In this document: in pieces, positions 19,464 through 26,104 of the stretch | How positions within the stretch are numbered: position 1 is the first letter of the stretch | Layout of the letters: the number at the start of each line of letters is the position of its first letter | Assembly (NCBI GenBank): GCA_022706625.1 | Contig: JAKJCD010000001.1 | Coordinates: 10,251 to 40,591 of the forward strand | DNA from: Bacillota bacterium | GTDB taxonomy: Bacteria > Bacillota > Clostridia > Peptostreptococcales > Anaerovoracaceae | Reading direction: 5' to 3' | Length of the DNA stretch: 30,341 nt | Notes under the pieces: model-generated | Told to the model about the DNA's origin: nothing | Database searches by the model: none | The model's input: the letters and a program-made list of their open reading frames with translations, nothing else | Position numbers and translations under genes: made by a program

Positions 19464-20618
19464 TTGGATTTATGTTTGCACCGAGTTGACTGCGGAGGCT
19501 GCATCTATCAGGGAGTGCCTTACAAAGAACAGCTGCAGCTGAAAGCAAAGGATGTTCTCCGCCATTTTAAAGACAATCTGGTGTCATTTGATGATTTTTT
19601 AGGCATTGAGGGCAGCCCGGAGCTTTATGCCTATCGCAATAAGATGGAATACACTTTCGGTGATGAAGTGAAAGGCGGGCCTATGACCCTGGGGCTTCAT
19701 AAGCAGGGGCGATTTATGTCCATTCTTACAACAGACCAGTGTCAGCTGGTGGTTCAGGACTTTAACAGGATAATTAAAGCAACGTTAGATTTTTGTCTGG
19801 AAAAGGGGTATCCTTTCTATCACAAAAGAAGCCGTAAAGGATTGCTCCGGAATCTGATCCTTAGAAAAGGCCGGCGAACCGGAGAAATACTGGTCAATAT
19901 AGTCACCAGCACCCAATTATATTTCGATGGCCCGGCATATGCTGATATGCTCAATGATTTAGAGCTTGAAGATCAGCTTGTCGGAATCCTGCATACAGAA
20001 AATGATAATCTCGCAGATGCAGTAGTGTGTGATAAGTTAAATATTCTATCCGGAAGGGATTATTACTATGAAGAACTGATGGGCCTGAAATTTCGTGTCA
20101 GTGCTTTCTCTTTCTTTCAGACCAACGTTTTGGCGGCAGAACGATTATACACAGAATCACTATCATTGATCTCTGACCTGGCCGGGAAGACGGTCTTCGA
20201 TCTTTATTCCGGCACGGGTACGATCGCCCAGGCGGCAGCGCTGCAAGCAAAAAAAGTCATAGGTATAGAACTGGTGGGAGAGGCAGTGGAGGCGGCAAGG
20301 TCAAATGCAAATATGAACGGCTTGCCAAACTGTAACTTCATAGCCGGAGATGTCAAAATAATTCTAGACCAAATAGAGGAAAAACCGGATGTGATCATTA
20401 TGGATCCGCCAAGGTCAGGCGTACAGCCCAAGGCTTTGGAAAAAATACTGAACTATGGGGTCAAACAAATTATTTACGTCTCATGCAACCCTAAGTCATT
20501 GGCCCAAAACCTTGCAACCGCAATGCTTTTCGGGTACCGAGTCAAAACGCTGAAAGCCTATGACAACTTCCCTTTTACAAGCCATACGGAGTGCGTGGTA
20601 ATGATATCAAGGGATTGA
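19464..20618 (+). CDS. rlmD: RlmD/TrmA-family m5U RNA methyltransferase lacking the N-terminal TRAM domain
   Basis: C-x5-CGGC Fe-S motif, YRNKMEY.F, SFFQTN, DLYSG.G.I, DPPRSG, YVSCNP, F.T.H.E; TTG start after GAAAGGGG with an in-frame stop at 19446. Confidence 0.85.
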   Translation: MDLCLHRVDCGGCIYQGVPYKEQLQLKAKDVLRHFKDNLVSFDDFLGIEGSPELYAYRNKMEYTFGDEVKGGPMTLGLHKQGRFMSILTTDQCQLVVQDFNRIIKATLDFCLEKGYPFYHKRSRKGLLRNLILRKGRRTGEILVNIVTSTQLYFDGPAYADMLNDLELEDQLVGILHTENDNLADAVVCDKLNILSGRDYYYEELMGLKFRVSAFSFFQTNVLAAERLYTESLSLISDLAGKTVFDLYSGTGTIAQAAALQAKKVIGIELVGEAVEAARSNANMNGLPNCNFIAGDVKIILDQIEEKPDVIIMDPPRSGVQPKALEKILNYGVKQIIYVSCNPKSLAQNLATAMLFGYRVKTLKAYDNFPFTSHTECVVMISRD

Positions 20619-20681
20619 GTGCCTGTATCTTTAATTCCCGGCAGTGTATAAAGTGAAAAGTAAGAAGATATTTGAAAGATA

Positions 20682-20718
20682 AGCCAAAACGCCGGGTAAG
20701 TATCCGGGTTTTTTGGCT
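20682..20718 (+). terminator. Probable terminator after rlmD
   Basis: AGCCAAAA...CCGGGT-aagt-ATCCGG...TTTTGGCT imperfect hairpin containing a T-run. Confidence 0.6.
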
Positions 20719-20789
20719 ATTGCTGTAAAATTGGCAGGGAAACCCATAAAACCTGTTGATATGACCAGATATTTGTCTGCGGAAAAATG

Positions 20790-20818
20790 TTGCCTGACAG
20801 TAAGTGAGTATATAGAAT
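20790..20818 (+). promoter_or_regulatory. Putative sigma-A promoter of the SipW locus
   Basis: TTGCCT(20790-20795)-N17-TAGAAT(20813-20818). Confidence 0.6.
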
Positions 20819-20880
20819 TCTATTGAGGGAGTCTTATTGCTTTCTGATCTATTTGATTAATCCACTGGAGGTCGAAGGAA

Positions 20881-21498
20881 TTGAGGGTTCTTATCGTTGA
20901 TAATCAACCCCTGGTGCGGAAGGGAATATTGCAGGTCCTTTTTTCCGAAAGAGAAAATCAACAGTTTATAGAAGCATCCGGTATTGCTGAAGCATCTACT
21001 ATCCATAAGAATAATCCCGTTGATATAATTTTCGTAGAGTTGGATCTGTCCGATGGCAGCGGGTTTGATCTGATAAACAACATAAAGGCAATGGGGGAAA
21101 ACGGACCTAAATTCATATTGATGGCATCCTCGATCAGCATCTTTGAATTCCGAAGAGCCAAAGAATTGGATGTTGAGGGTTATATCCTGAAAGAAACAGA
21201 TGCTGATGATCTTAAATATGCTTACGGCCTTATCCTTCGCGGAGAAAAGTACTATCCGCCAAAGCTGGTGGAAAAAGCACTGAATATGAATGATAAAGAC
21301 GCTATGTGCCTCCTTACAGACAGGGAGATGGACGTCCTTGTTGAACTCAGTAAGGGACTGACGAACTCACAGATCGGGGATAACCTTTACATTAGCGAAG
21401 GAACGACAAAGAAGCATATCAGCAATATTTTATCCAAGCTCAACATGTCAAACAGAATGGAAGTGCTGTTGTATGCAAATAGTATATACGGTAAATAG
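20881..21498 (+). CDS. Orphan atypical NarL/LuxR-family response regulator (Asp->Glu at the phospho-acceptor position)
   Basis: REC domain (VLIVDNQ..VRKG, DIIFVE, GYILK) plus LuxR HTH (LTDREMDVL..LSKGLTNSQIGDNLYISEGTTKKHISNILSKL); TTG start with GGAGG. Confidence 0.9.
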   Translation: MRVLIVDNQPLVRKGILQVLFSERENQQFIEASGIAEASTIHKNNPVDIIFVELDLSDGSGFDLINNIKAMGENGPKFILMASSISIFEFRRAKELDVEGYILKETDADDLKYAYGLILRGEKYYPPKLVEKALNMNDKDAMCLLTDREMDVLVELSKGLTNSQIGDNLYISEGTTKKHISNILSKLNMSNRMEVLLYANSIYGK

Positions 21499-21543
21499 TA
21501 AAGGGCAGGATAGTTGATTTTTTAGTAGCTCCCGGAGGTAAAT

Positions 21544-22332
21544 ATGCATAAGCTTTTCAACAAAACAGGACTTGTCTTATTATCTGTTGCTTTACTCGGG
21601 CTGCTCGGGACGAGTTATGCCGGTTATACCGGAGAGCTATCAGCCGACACAGAGCTTTCGACCGGCAGTATGGATTTTGAGTTTATCGACATGGAAGTAA
21701 ATGAGGATTTTTTAATATGCATTCAAAAAGGCGAAAATGGAAACATCCAGGATATCTGCGCAGATATAGATTACGATGGAAAGCTTCTTAGCGTAACAGA
21801 TATGGGGCCAATCGATATGTCCTGGTTAGAGGATGGGGACCTAAGGATCATTATCCGTTATGCCATAAAGGCTTCTAATGAACATAGTATAATGAAAGCG
21901 GCAGCGACTGGGAAAAATGAGGGCGCAACAAGGTACATCGGCAGTATACCTCTTGAACGGATTTCGAGAACACCTCGGTGGTATATAGAAAACGGCCAGG
22001 ATATTTGGGGATCCGGCGATGATGAAATAGACTCAGTACCTCAAATCGTTTACAGCCTCCTGCCTGAAACCTTGGGTGATTTTGAGATATACCAGGTTCT
22101 GACCGCAAAAGCAGAAGATGACGGAATGCAAGGAATCATCATACTGGTGCAAACGGAAGTTCCTGTAATTATTCCTGAAGGGCAGGTAACCTTAAGCCAA
22201 TTTTATCTGCCGGAAGAATTGCTTCAAGAGATCTCAGCATCCAAAGATTTAGTGCTTTCAGTTCATGGCTGCTACGGTTTTGAGATCCCTATAAATCTTG
22301 ATCAGTTCAATGCGGGAGGGTGGCCGCTATGA
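21544..22332 (+). CDS. Secreted protein with SipW-class signal peptide (putative minor TasA-like fibre subunit)
   Basis: K-rich n-region, h-region, GTSYA|GYTGELSADTELSTGSMDFEF; C-terminal FEIPINLDQFN shared with the 23962 protein. Confidence 0.7.
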   Translation: MHKLFNKTGLVLLSVALLGLLGTSYAGYTGELSADTELSTGSMDFEFIDMEVNEDFLICIQKGENGNIQDICADIDYDGKLLSVTDMGPIDMSWLEDGDLRIIIRYAIKASNEHSIMKAAATGKNEGATRYIGSIPLERISRTPRWYIENGQDIWGSGDDEIDSVPQIVYSLLPETLGDFEIYQVLTAKAEDDGMQGIIILVQTEVPVIIPEGQVTLSQFYLPEELLQEISASKDLVLSVHGCYGFEIPINLDQFNAGGWPL

Positions 22333-22637
22333 AGGGGAAAGTATTATTGTTAATAGCTACGACTGCATTGACTTTATTGATACTAACCACGAGTTACGGT
22401 TATTGGACGGATCATCTGAGCATAGTTGGAGAAGCCGGCTTTGAGTTCCGCTTACCTGTTATCAACGATATCACCATCGAAGACCAAAGCCATGATGAAG
22501 CTTCTGATGATATCGAGAGGTCCGGAGCGCTGTCGGATAAGACAACGGTTACGACAGAGGAAGATTCTGAGCAACAGGGTACGATCCCGGAAGGTTCGGA
22601 GGAACAAGGCGTCGATGAAAGTACAGAATTTCAATAA
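22329..22637 (+). CDS. Small secreted protein with SipW-class signal peptide and acidic disordered tail
   Basis: ATGA overlap with the upstream gene and GGGAGG SD; TTSYG|YWTDHLSIVG; the remainder is D/E/S/T-rich. Confidence 0.7.
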   Translation: MKGKVLLLIATTALTLLILTTSYGYWTDHLSIVGEAGFEFRLPVINDITIEDQSHDEASDDIERSGALSDKTTVTTEEDSEQQGTIPEGSEEQGVDESTEFQ

Positions 22638-23826
22638 GTATCGAAGGGTCAGCGTCACACTGCTGTTCCTTTTTACAGGACTTGCCCTGTTGCCTGTTTT
22701 GATCGAGCTGCAGCAGGGCAGTTCTTATATCTTTAGCAGAAAAGTGATACCCGCTCTTTGGTGTGTTTTTTTAGTCATTATGTTCTTTTTTGTTCCCAGA
22801 GTCCATGCTGCCGGCAAACTGATACAAAGAGAGATAATTTATGTTGAAGCAGGCGTCTGTGCAATAATAATCATCTCTGTAAAAATACTGACGGGATCAA
22901 TCCTCGGTCAGCTCGGAGGTAGCCCTTATGATTTATCTATGACCGGGATCCTTGGAAATCTGTTTTCGGTTTTGCCCGGTTTAGCAGCCAGGGAGACAAT
23001 ACGTAGCTATATACTCTGTACATATTGCAGCAAGCAGAATATAAAAATCTTTATATTTCTTACTATATTTATGACTGCATTCAGTTTGAACTTTTCAAAG
23101 CTGCTGTTATCACTTGATATGGAAAATATATCTGTTTTTCTTTCTACCGAAGCGGGCCCAAAACTAACCGGGAACATTATGCTATCATATCTGGCACTCT
23201 ACGGCGGCCCTTTAGCAGCTATACTTTATGGGGGTATCCAGGAAATATTTCATTGGTGTTCTCCCATACTTTCTTCATTAAACTGGCTTGCAGAAGGAGC
23301 CGTCGGCATTCTTGTCCCTGTCGGTTTTATTTTATTCATCGTTGGAAAATATGAGAATAAGAAACTTCGGTTCAAAGAGGAAAAGGAGCAAAGGAGAGGT
23401 GTTATTGGGTGGTCTGTCACAGCCATATTTTCTATCGGTCTTCTTTGGTTTATAGTGGGAGTGTTTCCCATAGTTCCATCGGTTGTAGCCACAGGAAGCA
23501 TGCAGCCCCTGATATATCCCGGAGATGTTATCCTGCTTCGGCAGATGCAAACAGAAGAACAGCTGAGAAGTCTTTCAGCGGGTGATGTTATACAGTTTCA
23601 AAGAGATCAGATCCGCATCACACATCGAATAACAGAAATACTGGATGATGGTATCGGCAACCTGACCTTCAGGACAAAAGGAGACAACAACTCTGCAGAG
23701 GACAGCCGCCTTGTCCTGCCAAACGAAATTAAAGGAACACTGATAACAGTAGTCCCAAAGGTTGGCTACCCGGCTCTGTTAATTAAGAAATCTCCAAACA
23801 ACAGAAATAGAGATATCGAGTTTTGA
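22615..23826 (+). CDS. sipW: SipW/ER-type signal peptidase I fused to an N-terminal polytopic membrane domain
   Basis: TGSMQP (Ser295), ITHR (His337), TKGDNN..ED, V.KVGY; about 7-8 hydrophobic segments before the catalytic domain. ATG 22615 follows GGAGG; the track's TTG 22426 start is spurious overlap. Confidence 0.88.
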   Translation: MKVQNFNKYRRVSVTLLFLFTGLALLPVLIELQQGSSYIFSRKVIPALWCVFLVIMFFFVPRVHAAGKLIQREIIYVEAGVCAIIIISVKILTGSILGQLGGSPYDLSMTGILGNLFSVLPGLAARETIRSYILCTYCSKQNIKIFIFLTIFMTAFSLNFSKLLLSLDMENISVFLSTEAGPKLTGNIMLSYLALYGGPLAAILYGGIQEIFHWCSPILSSLNWLAEGAVGILVPVGFILFIVGKYENKKLRFKEEKEQRRGVIGWSVTAIFSIGLLWFIVGVFPIVPSVVATGSMQPLIYPGDVILLRQMQTEEQLRSLSAGDVIQFQRDQIRITHRITEILDDGIGNLTFRTKGDNNSAEDSRLVLPNEIKGTLITVVPKVGYPALLIKKSPNNRNRDIEF

Positions 23827-23850
23827 ACATACCTCTAAAGGAGTAGAGAA

Positions 23851-23931
23851 ATGGTCCTAAGAGATTATACAAGTGTGGTCTGTCGTGTAATTCCGGGGCT
23901 CCGGAAGCCGGTATATAATAACTGCAGGTGA
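23851..23931 (+). CDS. Possible 26-aa micro-ORF (MVLRDYTSVVCRVIPGLRKPVYNNCR)
   Basis: AAAGGAG 7 nt upstream of ATG; not in the supplied track; coding status unproven. Confidence 0.25.
   Translation: MVLRDYTSVVCRVIPGLRKPVYNNCR
23891..23919 (+). promoter_or_regulatory. Possible internal promoter for the major subunit, with an inverted repeat over the -35
   Basis: TTCCGG(23891-23896)-N17-TATAAT(23914-23919); palindrome TTCCGG-ggct-CCGGAA at 23891-23906. Confidence 0.4.
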
Positions 23932-23961
23932 AAACCAATTATATTAAAAGGAGAAATAAGA

Positions 23962-24942
23962 ATGAAGAAAAAAGTATTAGCATGTGTACTTGCGTGTGCG
24001 ATGCTGATTCTGGGCATGGGATATGCCTACTGGACAGACAGCCTGCAAATCGACACATCGGTAACCACAGGAGAGCTTGAAGTTAAATTTGTTGATCTGG
24101 CTTTATACGGACAATATGCCGGAACAGACAACGAAAAAACATGGGCTATAATTGATGGCGTCGGATCGCCGGGTTATGTTGACAACTACTTCTTTGATCG
24201 TGGAAACGAGAATAATGCGAATGGCCTGTATAATATCATAGCAACCCCAGCTAAGTTAAACGAATATAAAAACAGAGTTGAAGGCTATACAAAAACAGAA
24301 TTCAATGCGTGGCTGGACGATCCCATTAAGCTGGATGTAACTGTCGGACCTTATGGAACAAATACGGATTCCTCCAGCACTATTAAAATTGATTTGAAGA
24401 AAATGTATCCGGGCTATGCACAGGTCTTCCAATCTGATATTGTAAACATCGGAACTGTAGCTGCAAAACTAAGCGATATCAAGATTACGGGTATAGATGT
24501 TCCTAATGATTATATGAAAGATATTATCGGAGTATCTTTAAGAGTTTTGAGAGAGTATGCAGAAACCCCTGCCGGACCGACACAGGATCATGTTAATGTA
24601 TTCTCAACAGCAGCTCTTCTCCCCACTGACTACTTTACTCTCGGGGGCGTTGATTTTATCCGGCTTTCCGCACTGGAGGAACTGGATTTGGGCGCAGTTA
24701 TTGATGAGAACGGAGAGCTTCTTTATGTGCTGCCTGATAAAAACAGAATGGATGTGTATTTAGGTATAGCAATGGATCCGGATATGGAAGGAAATTATAC
24801 TTCAGGTATTTCCAGCGATCCGAGCGATGTTTCTGATTATTGGACTGAAAACCAGACCGGGGTGAGATTCAGCCTCAACTTCCTGTGGGATCAGTTTAAT
24901 GTCGGTAATCCTACCGGAGGAACACATAATCATTTGGAATAA
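23962..24942 (+). CDS. TasA/CalY(camelysin)-like secreted protein with SipW-class signal peptide (putative major fibre subunit)
   Basis: MKKK n-region, GMGYA|YWTDSLQIDTSVTTGELEVKF, TasA-like MYPG-x9-VNIGT motif, terminal FSLNFLWDQFN strand; strong AAAAGGAG SD. Confidence 0.8.
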   Translation: MKKKVLACVLACAMLILGMGYAYWTDSLQIDTSVTTGELEVKFVDLALYGQYAGTDNEKTWAIIDGVGSPGYVDNYFFDRGNENNANGLYNIIATPAKLNEYKNRVEGYTKTEFNAWLDDPIKLDVTVGPYGTNTDSSSTIKIDLKKMYPGYAQVFQSDIVNIGTVAAKLSDIKITGIDVPNDYMKDIIGVSLRVLREYAETPAGPTQDHVNVFSTAALLPTDYFTLGGVDFIRLSALEELDLGAVIDENGELLYVLPDKNRMDVYLGIAMDPDMEGNYTSGISSDPSDVSDYWTENQTGVRFSLNFLWDQFNVGNPTGGTHNHLE

Positions 24943-24980
24943 AGAAGACTACTTTTAGTAATAGCATTCCTCGAAAGATT

Positions 24981-25007
24981 GGGTGCCTTAAATTCTTTAA
25001 GGCACCC
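24981..25007 (+). terminator. Perfect 12-bp hairpin after the major subunit gene (leaky terminator or mRNA 3'-stabiliser)
   Basis: GGGTGCCTTAAA-ttc-TTTAAGGCACCC followed only by TGTTATT. Confidence 0.7.
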
Positions 25008-25060
25008 TGTTATTACCGGTAATAGTACATATTTGAAGGCAGTGGAAATCGAGGTAAGAT

Positions 25061-26101
25061 ATGAAACTCAAGCTACATAAAAAAACAAAAAAATATATCC
25101 TCTCAATCATGATATTGCTCCTGTTGGTTACAGGGATCCAAATCTACAGTATTGTAAAAAGTGAAAGAACGATAACCAAAGAAAAGGTGCTATTTGAATA
25201 CAGCTGCCAACCCGCCGTGGATTACAGCGTTGTTATCCACCCCAATGAATTATACTCAGGGACAATACTGGAGGAATCAACCTATTACAGCAAACTGCTG
25301 CTGGATTATATCGAGGCCAGTTTCGCTTTCGATTACCAAGGCAGTTATTCAGCACCGTTAAGGATCCAGTATCAGGTCGTTGCCAGTGTCAACGGTTACC
25401 AAGGTCAATCAGACAGTAAAACCATTTACTGGTCAAAGAGCTTTCCGCTGACAGAGGAAAAGACCATAGAAACAGAAGGGGACAGTTTCAGCACAGAAGA
25501 ACAAATAACCTTTAACCTGTCGGATTACGACTCTTTTGCTGTGAGAGCTAAGCAGATTTCCGGCATGAAAGTCTCGAATGAGGTAGTGGCAGAATTGACC
25601 GGAAAGATCATAGCCCAAGCTGCAGGCAAAGAAGTCGAAATCCCTTTTTCTTCAAAGCTGCGGGCTCCGCTTTTGGAAGATGTATTTAAGATAGACAAAA
25701 GTATCACCGAACCTATTAAAGGCACCGTGACGGAAACAGAGGAAGTGGCCGTGCCAATTGATCGGGCCAAACTATCCCTGCTTGCAGTTCTGATGCTGTT
25801 ATTGATTGTCGCAATCCCGGTATTGTTATTCATAATAAAAGAACCCGATGAGCTTACTCTTTTACGAAAAAAAAATAATGGCCTGCTCAAAAACTACGGC
25901 AGTCGCATGGTTGCCATGAAAGAAATCCCCAGCTTCGAATCCTGCAGATTATACCAGGTCTACAGCATAAAGGATATGATAAAAATCGCTGATGAAGTGC
26001 AAAGGCCTATCATTTATATACCTGATGAGAGCACCCTTGTACGTAATAATGAACTGTTGATAATCAATGAAAATAGCCTTTACCGCTGGTATTCCGCATA
26101 A
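25061..26101 (+). CDS. DUF5305-like two-TM membrane protein
   Basis: N-terminal TM; Y.V...PNELY......YYSKL..DYI...F.F extracellular domain; second TM; cytoplasmic YG...V....P.....V.SI.D..KIA.E...PI tail. Family call is from memory and from its position beside sipW. Confidence 0.7.
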   Translation: MKLKLHKKTKKYILSIMILLLLVTGIQIYSIVKSERTITKEKVLFEYSCQPAVDYSVVIHPNELYSGTILEESTYYSKLLLDYIEASFAFDYQGSYSAPLRIQYQVVASVNGYQGQSDSKTIYWSKSFPLTEEKTIETEGDSFSTEEQITFNLSDYDSFAVRAKQISGMKVSNEVVAELTGKIIAQAAGKEVEIPFSSKLRAPLLEDVFKIDKSITEPIKGTVTETEEVAVPIDRAKLSLLAVLMLLLIVAIPVLLFIIKEPDELTLLRKKNNGLLKNYGSRMVAMKEIPSFESCRLYQVYSIKDMIKIADEVQRPIIYIPDESTLVRNNELLIINENSLYRWYSA

Positions 26102-26104
26102 CAA

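Noticed and set aside
20580-20700. 3' end of rlmD as an integration hotspot, i.e. the SipW locus as a mobile element
   Set aside because: rlmD/rumA 3' ends are known att sites in Firmicutes, but I found no integrase/recombinase and no duplicated copy of the rlmD 3' sequence in the window.
20619-20880. c-di-GMP riboswitch upstream of the biofilm-like locus
   Set aside because: Expected for clostridial adhesin operons, but I could not find the class I (GGCAAAC..GAAA..GACGCAAA) or class II core here or at 23827-23961; an Rfam scan would be decisive.
22426-22614. N-terminal 63 aa of the track's 466-aa peptidase ORF
   Set aside because: It overlaps the well-supported 22329-22637 gene, has no SD and reads as off-frame sequence; ATG 22615 has GGAGG.
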